A stretch of 32,000 nt of DNA from contig JAJRZD010000063.1 of NCBI GenBank assembly GCA_024275415.1, positions 13,035-45,034 on the forward strand, written 5' to 3'. The notes under the pieces are model-generated. The model was not told the origin of the DNA. It saw only the letters and a program-made list of their open reading frames with translations, and did no database searches. Positions within the stretch are counted from its first letter, which is position 1; every line of letters begins with the position of its first letter. This document shows, one piece after another, positions 1-8,907 of the stretch. Position numbers and translations under genes: made by a program. This DNA comes from an archaeon. GTDB taxonomy: Archaea > Asgardarchaeota > Thorarchaeia > Thorarchaeales > Thorarchaeaceae.

Positions 1-483
1 CCAGACTTGGTGATTGCAGACGAACCCACGACAGCGCTTGATGTTACAATCCAAGCTCAAATCCTTAAACTCATGCAAAAACTTCAGAAAGATCTTGGAC
101 TGTCATTGATTTTAATCACTCACGACCTATCAGTGATTGCTGAAACTTGTGATAAGACAGCGATCATGTATGCAGGTAGGATAGCCGAGCTTGCGGATGT
201 TGTTTCCGTGTTCAAGGAACCAATCCACCCATATGCGACAGGTCTTGTCGGTGCAATTCCAAGCATGGTAAAAGCTGAAAAGATGAAACTGACCTCGATT
301 CCAGGTTCGCCCCCTGATCTTATCGATCCACCTACTGGATGTAGATTCCATCCAAGATGCCCCTACGCAGAGGACATATGTTCAAGAGAAGAACCATCGT
401 TCGATGAAATAGATCCAGGTAGATTCGTATCATGTCACTTCCATGAACGGCTACGAGGAGAACTGACAGTAGATCTTGAATAG
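1..483 (+). CDS. oppD: Oligopeptide/dipeptide ABC transporter ATP-binding subunit (OppD/DppD family), 5'-truncated by window edge
   Basis: Frame open from base 1: PDLVIADEPTTALDVTIQAQIL (Walker B/D-loop), ITHDL (H-loop), HPYA..L, C-terminal GCRFHPRCP...VSCH oligo_HPY tail. Confidence 0.95.
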   Translation, partial: PDLVIADEPTTALDVTIQAQILKLMQKLQKDLGLSLILITHDLSVIAETCDKTAIMYAGRIAELADVVSVFKEPIHPYATGLVGAIPSMVKAEKMKLTSIPGSPPDLIDPPTGCRFHPRCPYAEDICSREEPSFDEIDPGRFVSCHFHERLRGELTVDLE

Positions 484-496
484 GAGGTAGAAAAAA

Positions 497-1555
497 ATGA
501 CAACTGATCAATATAGACTTGAACAGTCCACAGATATTGCGGAAGGAGAACCATTAATTCAAGTGCGAAACATGCGAAAATGGTTTCCAGTCAACACAGG
601 ATTTCTCTCCTCCCTACTGTACAAACAAGAGCTTTTCGTGAAAGCAGTTGATGGCGTAACATTTGATGTCATCAAGGGAGAGGTTCTTGTTCTTGCAGGC
701 GAATCCGGATGTGGAAAGACCACAACGGGTAGATGTATATTGAACCTTGAAATCCCCACTGATGGAAAAGTAGTCTATGCGGGATATGACCTCAGTACAC
801 TCGACAGGAATGAGATGAAAGAACTGCGAAAAAGAATGCAAATCACATTTCAGGATCCATACGAGTCACTGAACCCCAAACAAAGTATCGCGAGCATAGT
901 TGAAGAACCCCTTACTGTACACAAAATACCTCTATCTCCGAGTCAAAGGAGAGAACGCGTTCTTGAAGCACTTGAAAGTGTTGCATTGACACCAGCGGAG
1001 GATTACATCGACAGATATCCACACGAGCTTTCTGGCGGACAGCGACAGAGGATTTCGGTAGCTCGAGCACTCATCCTTCACCCAGAGTTCATGGTTGCTG
1101 ATGAGCCTGTTTCGATGCTGGATGTGTCGATTCGTGCAGAAATCCTGAACCTACTTCTTCAACTCAGAAAAGAGTTAGGGCTGACCTATCTCTTCATCAC
1201 ACATGACCTGGCAGTTGCCACATATATCGCTGATAGAATCGGCATCATGTACCTTGGTAAGATCGTCGAGATGGGACCGGCTCATGATGTGGCTTTTGAC
1301 CCACAGCACCCATACACTCGTGCGCTAATCTCAGCTGTACCTTCTGGAGATCCAACTGTGAAACGAAGGGTGGAGTCACTGAAAGGAGAGCCACCGAGCC
1401 CAATCAATGTGCCAACTGGTTGCAGGTTCCATCCACGATGTCCATATGCTCAGGAAATCTGTGTGAGGGAGATCCCTGAAGATAGAGACATGGGTAACAA
1501 TCACTATGTGGCATGTCACTTTGCTGGAGAGTTGGGTGACGCGCCCAGTCAGTAA
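497..1555 (+). CDS. oppF: Oligopeptide/dipeptide ABC transporter ATP-binding subunit (OppF/DppF family)
   Basis: Walker A GESGCGKTT, signature LSGGQRQR, Walker B VADEPVSMLD, HPYT and GCRFHPRCP tail; GGAGGT RBS directly after the upstream stop. Confidence 0.95.
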   Translation: MTTDQYRLEQSTDIAEGEPLIQVRNMRKWFPVNTGFLSSLLYKQELFVKAVDGVTFDVIKGEVLVLAGESGCGKTTTGRCILNLEIPTDGKVVYAGYDLSTLDRNEMKELRKRMQITFQDPYESLNPKQSIASIVEEPLTVHKIPLSPSQRRERVLEALESVALTPAEDYIDRYPHELSGGQRQRISVARALILHPEFMVADEPVSMLDVSIRAEILNLLLQLRKELGLTYLFITHDLAVATYIADRIGIMYLGKIVEMGPAHDVAFDPQHPYTRALISAVPSGDPTVKRRVESLKGEPPSPINVPTGCRFHPRCPYAQEICVREIPEDRDMGNNHYVACHFAGELGDAPSQ

Positions 1556-1566
1556 CACAACAATGC

Positions 1567-1608
1567 TGGGACAGGCTAGCCCCTGTCCCATACGCTTTCT
1601 TTTTTCAG
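1567..1608 (+). terminator. Hairpin + T-tract terminator after the opp operon
   Basis: TGGGACAGG(1567-1575)-ctagcc-CCTGTCCCA(1582-1590): 9-bp perfect stem followed by TTTCTTTTTTCAG. Confidence 0.75.
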
Positions 1609-1627
1609 TCAATTCCACTGAGGTGTT

Positions 1628-2068
1628 ATGTTGAAAGAACAATCTGACAGACAAAGAGTATTGGGGGCTATCAAAACCTGTTTATCGAACGCATACGATA
1701 AAATACAGGATGCCATGGATGCTCTAGATGCCATTGGAGACGGATCCTTAGGAGCAGGAATGACTACTATCATAGGGGGTTATGCTATGCCTAACCCCAA
1801 AGAGAATTATCGTTCTGCATTGATTGATATCGATTCTGCAGAAAAGGCATTGAAGCCGCTAATCCGCCGTTTCAATGATGGTCGGGTCAATCGGGAACAT
1901 TTTGCTGATGATGAGGCAGTAACCCTGATGACAGATATCGCCGGATTCGAGTATGACATCCTTATTATGAAACTTAAGAATAAGACAGGTAGAGAAAGCG
2001 TTTGGTATCGATTGCGAGACCTCTCCATAAAAATCGAAAAGGTCTACAGGTTAGTTTCCAGAGAGTGA
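1628..2068 (+). CDS. Hypothetical alpha-helical protein (146 aa)
   Basis: GAGGTG RBS before ATG; protein-like composition; no family motif recognised. Confidence 0.75.
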   Translation: MLKEQSDRQRVLGAIKTCLSNAYDKIQDAMDALDAIGDGSLGAGMTTIIGGYAMPNPKENYRSALIDIDSAEKALKPLIRRFNDGRVNREHFADDEAVTLMTDIAGFEYDILIMKLKNKTGRESVWYRLRDLSIKIEKVYRLVSRE

Positions 2069-2160
2069 ATACTCGCCAAAAATTCTATTCTTTGAAAAAG
2101 GTAATAACCAGTCAGTATGGATACAGCATGTAGGACACTACTACCTCAGAGGGGTCTATC

Positions 2161-2826
2161 ATGAGCGCAAAGGCACTACGGCAAATAGAAAAACAACTCC
2201 ACAGAGCGATTTCCCTCCTGATGCATACTCAGGACACCCTATTTCGAATAACGGAATCATTGCGGCCGACCGAACAAGCGCTCATAAGAAAGGAATTCGA
2301 AACAAAGACAGTAGTAGACCGAGGGGAGTCCAAAGTCGTCCTGTGTCTTGAGGAGGAGCTAGCTAGTTCAAAGGCATTCAAAAAGGCCCTTTCAAAGATT
2401 GGGAAGCGGAAGCCCACTCTTGTTAGGATTCCGGAAAAAAGTGATTCCCATCTGACGAATCTGACCATCGCAAGAATGATACCCTCTGATGTACTTGCCA
2501 GTGAGAACGGATCGGTAGTCATAGCCAACATCCAAAAGGAGAAGATGCTGAAACACCTTGAGGACAAAAAAGCTGTCATCATTGGGACACGGTATCTTCT
2601 TGATGACAAGAGCACTATTGGGAAGCTCTCGGAGTCCTTTGTGGAGAAGAACATGACTGTCTACACCGACAACGGACTCAACGGTGGGGGACAATTGACC
2701 TATGAACTCGTCAGGACACTTGAGCACAGGCTAAATACCTCTGTGGTAGAGATTACCCTCAGTTGTTCGGTCGCAGAGAATTCCGGAATGCTTGAGAAAG
2801 TTCTACAGAGCCTTCTTTCTCTATAG
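2161..2826 (+). CDS. Hypothetical protein (221 aa); C-terminal part faintly resembles the N-formylglutamate amidohydrolase-like fold
   Basis: GAGGGG RBS. Segment VYTDNGLNGGGQLT...SVVEITLS loosely recalls the FGase pattern N.PY.GG..T...alQiEin. Family call is weak. Confidence 0.7.
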   Translation: MSAKALRQIEKQLHRAISLLMHTQDTLFRITESLRPTEQALIRKEFETKTVVDRGESKVVLCLEEELASSKAFKKALSKIGKRKPTLVRIPEKSDSHLTNLTIARMIPSDVLASENGSVVIANIQKEKMLKHLEDKKAVIIGTRYLLDDKSTIGKLSESFVEKNMTVYTDNGLNGGGQLTYELVRTLEHRLNTSVVEITLSCSVAENSGMLEKVLQSLLSL

Positions 2827-5800
2827 GTGATGCTATTGACTAGTGACTCCTCGATGAAGGAAATGAACCTTCCATTTCCTCACGGTATCGAAGTGGAGCT
2901 TCAGATCATTAGAAGGGATGGCTCATGGATAAGGGGCGAAGAGATACTGGCTATCTTTGACAGACTGGTATCAAATGCAATATCACTATTGGACAAGAAA
3001 ATCAGGAAGTCCTTCGTACCATCAGTCAAAAAGAAGTTTCGACATGCCACACAAACCGAGGAAGGCGAACGGGGCTCCCGAGTCGTTGCAACATATGAAG
3101 ACCCCAATGGAGAAATCAAAGAGTTCACATTGGTCGGGCATGATCCTAATGTGACAAGTCTCACATGGATCCTTGAGATTGCAACACCACCTTGTACGAC
3201 TCTGGAAGAACTAGCGTGGTGGGTTCAGACACTCATTGCAATCTCATACGAGTCACTCCCAAAGGACGCGAATGCCACATTAATATCTACGGGGCTCAAT
3301 CCTGCACAGGAGTATTTGAAGAATCTCTCTTTCGGAGAGCACCATCACATTCTTGGGCCAGATACCTCAGAGAGGGTACGAATAGGAGTATACAATCTGA
3401 TTCGCAACTTCATCCCACATATCATCGCCCTTACAGTGAACTCGCCATTCGAAAACAAAAGGACGACAGACGAAGTGTGGGTCGATGACAAAGGCAAGAC
3501 ACGGGCACCCAAGTGCAAGAGGTCGATCAGACTTTTCAGGAACACGACCCAGCTGGGCCCGATAAATGAGTTTGAATTCATCCCCCACTTGAAAGATGCT
3601 GATGTTGAGGGTTTTGCACGCCATGTCAATAGAAGCTATGCAAGGATGGTTGACCTCTATCCCTTCACTCGCTTGAGCACAATCGAGCTGAGAGTATCTG
3701 ATACCCAGATCTCAGTTCCTAGGCGAGTCGGTATGGCATTGCTACTACAGGCACTTGCCCTTAAGGCAAAAAAGATGGTCGAAAATGGCATCGATATCCC
3801 AGAAGTGGAGGCTGCGTCGCTGGCATCGAACCGAGAAGCTGCAGTTGAGGCAGGACTCTGGGGGCCTTTCAGGGTAACAAAGACTGATCCAAAGTCCGAG
3901 TTCGCCAAGATATATAATATGAGGGTCAACGACGATGGAACCATTGACGAAAAACGGAAAAATCGTTTCCTAGGCGATGCAGTGAATTCTATGCTGTTCC
4001 TGATACGTGATGAGCTTGAGGAAATTGGCTTCATTGACAATCCGTTCGTGCAGCCGTTGTTGGTGTCAATCTATGGCAGCGAATTTGTTGCTCCCCGTAC
4101 GACAGGAGCTGACTTCCAGCTTGATGTATACGCAAAGTCAGACCTGAACCTTGTAGTTCTTCTACGAAGGCTGACAGAAATAACACGTGAGTGTTGTATC
4201 AATTGGCTCTACGACCCACTTGAAGGAACCCCACACCTACCTACATGGTTATGCTGGTGGAAAGGCGTCGAGCCAGAAATAGTAACTGAGAAAGAGCGAA
4301 TCTTTGCGGGTCAGAAAGCACATGTGTCAATCTCTATCCGGAACGTCCTTGAAAAAGATTTAGTGGATCTGACACTCACCTATACGATTGAGGACGCAGA
4401 CCGGCATGTCGTGGAACGCAATCTAGTTCCCATCATGAGGATAGAATCGGGTGAGATTTTTGTAGAACATATTGAATTCGAAACCTCGAAAGGAGTGCCG
4501 GCATACAACATCCTTGCCACGGTAGGGTTGGCGGGGCAAGAGATTCATGTTTCAGGGACAATCCAGACCTTTTGGACAAAGGCTACAATCAGACCCACTA
4601 CGACAACAATCTTCGCTGACGGGGCTACACAGATACCTTTCACGGGTGAGATTGAAACAAGTTTCCCTGACACGGAATTCTTAGCAGCGAAAGTGAGTGT
4701 TGTGTCACCTGGGCGAGAGAAAGTCCTTGCAGAGGTTGAACAGCCACTGTCAGTTGAACCTGGAGGAGTCATCTCATTCAAGAATGAAGACTTCCCACCC
4801 CTAGTGGTGCCTGATGATTTTTCTGAGGGCGTTGAGAGATGCATCCTGAGGATCAGTCTCTCAGATTCAGACGGGGAAGAGGTCACTGCGAACACATCTC
4901 GACCGTTCTATATCGGGTTTGTGCGAAGGGGACCAAAGATAATATTGGATGCGGACATAAAGGAGTCGTATAGACCGAGAGAGAAGATAATAGGAAATAT
5001 CGAGTTGAAAACTAGTGGACAAGCCATAGAAAAAGACGCCACGGCTTCGATCGTGTTCGTTGCGGATTCTGGGAGACGACACCCGATTACAACAATTCCG
5101 ATTGAGGAACTGGCAAAGGGGCCAAAATACTTTGAGTGGACGGTTCCCGCAATTCACTCAGAGAACACCTCAGAACGGACTGGTGTGCTGCGTGTGGACT
5201 TGCTCAACGCATCAGAGGTCATAAGCTCGACTCAGTCAAAACGGTTCAAGTTAGAACACATCGGTGTCAGGATGAGCATCGATTCTCTTCGTATCCCGAC
5301 CGCCACAGAGATTGGAGGGAAAATCACAGGATGGCTCCGGATACGACGGAACACGGAATCAGGAGAAAAAGCGATACTCGACTTGATCTTCAAATATCCC
5401 GATGGAGCAGAAATCCACGCATTCTCGCAGTCTATAAGACAAAGTCGCAATCTATCGGTGGCATTCGGACCAATCGAAGTCCCTGAGCCGCCATCCGGTA
5501 AGAAGTTTGACCAAGTGGATCTTGAAGCTAGGCTGTCTTATGGAGGATCTGTAATAGATACAAGGACTGAAAGTCTAAGGTTAGACGGGAAAGACGAACC
5601 GCATATGGTGCGAATATCCTTTTCTGGACTTCCCACTTTCGTTACTCCTGACGAAACACTACATGCCACCATACATGTCACAAATCTGTCCAGAGAGGAG
5701 ATGCCATGTATGCTTGCCGTACAGCTCGATACTGTAAAAGGGCCAATTCCTATCTGGCAAAAGGAGATATTGCTCAAGCCAAAAGAAACTGGGCTATATG

Positions 5801-6282
5801 CTATCAGCATTGATATCCCGTTGTCCTTGGAAATGAGTACAGCATATCTGACTGCAAAAGCCACGACCACGAAGGGAGTTACAAGGGGCTCAAAACGCCT
5901 TAAGATAAAAGCAGTTGAGGAGGCTCACTTTCATTTCAGCTACATGATCAAGGATTCCAAGGGAGTGGAGATTCCAGGTCTCGTCCCTAGAGTCACGCCA
6001 ATCAAACTGATTGTCATTGGAAAGGCAACCACCAAGGCACTAGATGATGTTAAGATTCTTCTCAGGATAATGTCCAGAAGGAAGGTCGTCAAACTCTTTG
6101 AGATAGACACCAAAGATATCACACGACGACACGATAACGAATTTGAGATAGAAATCCCTTGGACCACACCTTCAGTGGATATGGTCACAGGATTCTACAT
6201 CGAAGTATTGGTCGAACAGGGAGGGCAGATATTACCCGACCGTGCAGTAAAACAAGCACCAAAGCAATTCACGGTGTATTGA
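2827..6282 (+). CDS. Glutamate--cysteine ligase family 2 (GCS2/YbdK-like carboxylate-amine ligase) fused to about six C-terminal Ig-like beta-sandwich domains
   Basis: N-terminal ~475 aa carry GIEVELQ, ILEIAT, FGEHHHI, IALTVNSPF, TIELRVSD (GCS2 motifs). Residues ~483-1151 are repeated ~105-aa beta-strand-rich units. Start may be TTG at 2836 (AGGTGA RBS). Confidence 0.85.
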   Translation: MMLLTSDSSMKEMNLPFPHGIEVELQIIRRDGSWIRGEEILAIFDRLVSNAISLLDKKIRKSFVPSVKKKFRHATQTEEGERGSRVVATYEDPNGEIKEFTLVGHDPNVTSLTWILEIATPPCTTLEELAWWVQTLIAISYESLPKDANATLISTGLNPAQEYLKNLSFGEHHHILGPDTSERVRIGVYNLIRNFIPHIIALTVNSPFENKRTTDEVWVDDKGKTRAPKCKRSIRLFRNTTQLGPINEFEFIPHLKDADVEGFARHVNRSYARMVDLYPFTRLSTIELRVSDTQISVPRRVGMALLLQALALKAKKMVENGIDIPEVEAASLASNREAAVEAGLWGPFRVTKTDPKSEFAKIYNMRVNDDGTIDEKRKNRFLGDAVNSMLFLIRDELEEIGFIDNPFVQPLLVSIYGSEFVAPRTTGADFQLDVYAKSDLNLVVLLRRLTEITRECCINWLYDPLEGTPHLPTWLCWWKGVEPEIVTEKERIFAGQKAHVSISIRNVLEKDLVDLTLTYTIEDADRHVVERNLVPIMRIESGEIFVEHIEFETSKGVPAYNILATVGLAGQEIHVSGTIQTFWTKATIRPTTTTIFADGATQIPFTGEIETSFPDTEFLAAKVSVVSPGREKVLAEVEQPLSVEPGGVISFKNEDFPPLVVPDDFSEGVERCILRISLSDSDGEEVTANTSRPFYIGFVRRGPKIILDADIKESYRPREKIIGNIELKTSGQAIEKDATASIVFVADSGRRHPITTIPIEELAKGPKYFEWTVPAIHSENTSERTGVLRVDLLNASEVISSTQSKRFKLEHIGVRMSIDSLRIPTATEIGGKITGWLRIRRNTESGEKAILDLIFKYPDGAEIHAFSQSIRQSRNLSVAFGPIEVPEPPSGKKFDQVDLEARLSYGGSVIDTRTESLRLDGKDEPHMVRISFSGLPTFVTPDETLHATIHVTNLSREEMPCMLAVQLDTVKGPIPIWQKEILLKPKETGLYAISIDIPLSLEMSTAYLTAKATTTKGVTRGSKRLKIKAVEEAHFHFSYMIKDSKGVEIPGLVPRVTPIKLIVIGKATTKALDDVKILLRIMSRRKVVKLFEIDTKDITRRHDNEFEIEIPWTTPSVDMVTGFYIEVLVEQGGQILPDRAVKQAPKQFTVY

Positions 6283-6554
6283 GTTTCATCTTCAGAGAAT
6301 ATTATACGATTGTAAAATGCCCCGTTTGCTGAAAAAAGTGTGAATAATACTGCTGTAGAATAGAAAAAGCTTCAAGATAGGCGATGACAAGTTCGACAAA
6401 TCATGCTGTCAAGACCAAAGGTATAATAGGGACAATTCGAGCTTTTCGTATTAATCGGAGCAACCAACCAACTCCTGATTTACAACCATAGAATAAGCAA
6501 TGATGTATCCAAAATTTGACAGTCAATGACGCAGAGAATAAAGGAAGTGATAGC

Positions 6555-7487
6555 ATGTTGGAGTTGCTAACAAATAGCGTGGTTTCAGGGCTAATTGTAA
6601 TGGCCATCTTGGGAGCATTGTCATACAAGCTCCATTTTGTTGATGTTTCAGGCTTGATCAGCGCATTCGTTGTCGGTGTTACCGTCTGGTACACTGGAGG
6701 AGTCGCTGCATTCACGATACTTCTCTTCTTTTTCCTTGCTTCAGGCGTTGCTACAAAGTTCAAGTACAAAGCAAAGGCCAAACAGAACCTTGCTCAAGAA
6801 GGAAAAGGAAAACGCTCGTGGAGGAATGTCTTCGGCAGCGGTTTCATTCCCATGATGTTCTCAATAGGGATATACATCTTCAATCCCATGGGACCGTTCA
6901 ACCTGACCTCGGATCCATTCATGTCTTTCGCAATGTTTGGTGGATTTGTTGGGTCAGTTGCCACGACAACCGCAGATACCCTCGCGAGTGAGATTGGGGT
7001 CTTCAGTAAGAGCAAGCCTCGCCTCATCACGAACCTGCGAAGAAAGGTTCCAAGAGGAACTATTGGCGCCGTATCGCTGTTGGGTGAGGGAGTCGCTATT
7101 CTCGCAGGAGTAATGATTGGAATAGTGGCAATTTTCTTCGCTCTTTTTGCTCCTGCCATGATCCCGGTTTACACATACGAGCAGTTCATCATCATTTTCC
7201 CACTGTCAGTCCTGACAGCACTCATTGGCTGTAACTTGGATAGCCTTTTTGGTGCGGTTCTTCAGAACAGGTTTGTATGCGAGATCTGTGGGGCAATAAC
7301 AGACAAGGAGTTCCACTGTGACTATGAAACGAAGTACGTAGGAGGATTTAGGAGCTTCACAAACACCTATGTCAATTTCGGATCCTCTGGAATGGGAGCT
7401 ACTCTTGGGATACTCTTGGGTGCTGGTCTATTCGTCTGGATCCTAGGAGGTTTGTTCTTCTGGATCTTGGTATCATCCAGCAATTAG
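6555..7487 (+). CDS. DUF92 (TIGR00297-type) integral membrane protein with a CxxC...HC metal-binding insertion
   Basis: GKGKRSWRNVFGSG, ATTTADTLASEIG, LITNLRRKVPRGTIGAVSLLG, LDSLFGAVLQ, N..VNF motifs; insertion CEICG...FHC. ATG at 6555 preferred over 6516. Confidence 0.9.
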   Translation: MLELLTNSVVSGLIVMAILGALSYKLHFVDVSGLISAFVVGVTVWYTGGVAAFTILLFFFLASGVATKFKYKAKAKQNLAQEGKGKRSWRNVFGSGFIPMMFSIGIYIFNPMGPFNLTSDPFMSFAMFGGFVGSVATTTADTLASEIGVFSKSKPRLITNLRRKVPRGTIGAVSLLGEGVAILAGVMIGIVAIFFALFAPAMIPVYTYEQFIIIFPLSVLTALIGCNLDSLFGAVLQNRFVCEICGAITDKEFHCDYETKYVGGFRSFTNTYVNFGSSGMGATLGILLGAGLFVWILGGLFFWILVSSSN

Positions 7488-8800
7488 GTGCCCTTATCGT
7501 CGAAGCATCTGTGGAGAGATTCCTCTAAGTCATGTCCTTTCTTGTAGTACTGTAAAAGATCCGAAACAAATTCAGGATTCAAATCATCACTAGATGTTTC
7601 ATAGGAGAACAGCTCAAGCTGCCCTGACTAGCCAGTCATAAGACCAAACTTGGTCTTGTCCAATGTTATCAATGCCTCGGCATTCGAATGCTTACGTAAC
7701 GCGCTCATTGGATTGACACCAAGCTGAAGTTTGGCGGTGTCCCATTCCTGAGCGGATATGAGTAGGACATCTGCTTGTTTCAGAATGGGGCCTATACTTG
7801 GAATCCCAAGCTCCCAGTAATGCGGCGAACACCGGAACACAAGGGGGACGTTGTTAGCTTTGCAGTAGGTCGCTAGGGATAACGCGACCTCCACGAAGAC
7901 CTCGCCGATATAGACAATCCCACTGTTTTTGACCACATCCCATGGGATTTGGGAAGGAGAATCTATGGATAGCGAGAATCCTTCATCTATACCAACCAAA
8001 CTATGCCTGTTCGTACCTTCCTCGATTATGAAAGTTTCATTGGTTCGCTTAGCGGGTTCGATGACAAAATGGGTCACATCCACATCCTGCGCAACCAGAT
8101 GGGACAGGATGCTCCATCCATTCAAGTCATCGCCTACTGAAGAAACAAATACGACCTTTGAGTTACTACTGGCAAGATGAGATGCCAGCTCAATACTGGA
8201 TCCCCCTGGAAAGCGGGACGGTATAGCACATGTGACCTCAGAAGTCGCCGCAAGAGGTTGTTTGCATTGTATCCATGTGAATATCGCAGAAGAACCCAAG
8301 ATGACAAAGTCAGGAGCGTCATATCTAACGGAACCCTCCATCATCAGTTTCGTCCGGACTCTTGGAATTACCTCAAAGAAGATTGATTCCTCAAGGTTAT
8401 GCTTCCTATAGAACGATATAAGGTTCGTAAGATAATCTTCGAGCAACGACTCGGTCAGCGAGCTAATATCTGAGGGGAGCCCCTTTGAAAAGAATCTCAC
8501 AAAGGACCAGCCCGGTTCGGTCAACTCGTGATAGACGACACGTTTCCCCTTTTCGACTCTTGAGTTTGTACGAATAAGTCGGTATTTTCGCAATGCATCA
8601 AGATATTGGATTATGCTCTTATTGGAGTGCGATAAGGTCTGTATCAGATCTTTCTGAAGAACAGTGCCCGTTTTTTCGAAGCATGGGAGCACACTTGGAG
8701 CAATCTTTGACGCCAGTACGTCCTTGATGAACATGATTCGCTCCTGATGATTGGAGGGCATCAGGAGGATATAGGGCCAGAAGTCGTGTGATTCTGTCAC
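7484..8800 (-). CDS. Winged-HTH + degenerate PfkB/ribokinase-fold protein (putative ligand-sensing regulator); contains one in-frame TAG at 7628-7630
   Basis: N-terminal wHTH (LQKDLIQTLSHSNKSIIQYLDALRKYRLI...VYHELTEPG); PfkB motifs PGGSS, SSVGDDLNG, QADVLLISAQE. Frame stays open for 47 codons after the TAG, to TAA 7484-7486. GGAGGT RBS (8808-8813, minus) before GTG. Confidence 0.8.
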
Positions 8801-8857
8801 TTCCTAGACCTCCGAGAAAGTTAAAATATTGGTCTTCCTACAGGTACTAATGTACAA

Positions 8858-8886
8858 ACATACTTATGTAGTTTACTTGACTACAT
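8858..8886. promoter_or_regulatory. Overlapping inverted repeats, candidate operator in the divergent regulator/ECF promoter
   Basis: ACATA-ct-TATGT (8858-8869) and ATGTAGT-ttacttg-ACTACAT (8866-8886). Confidence 0.45.
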
Positions 8887-8907
8887 TGAATGAAGGGAGA
8901 GAATGCA

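Noticed and set aside
6283-6554. Possible tRNA/ncRNA in the larger intergenic gaps (also 12463-12678, 23329-23610, 29236-29434)
   Set aside because: No cloverleaf, T-loop GTTCRA in tRNA context, or rRNA-like sequence seen by eye; a covariance-model scan would be needed to exclude it fully.
6401-7159. Antisense ORFs over DUF92, and other 60-170 aa overlapping ORFs throughout the window
   Set aside because: Shadows of well-supported genes; no RBS or motifs.
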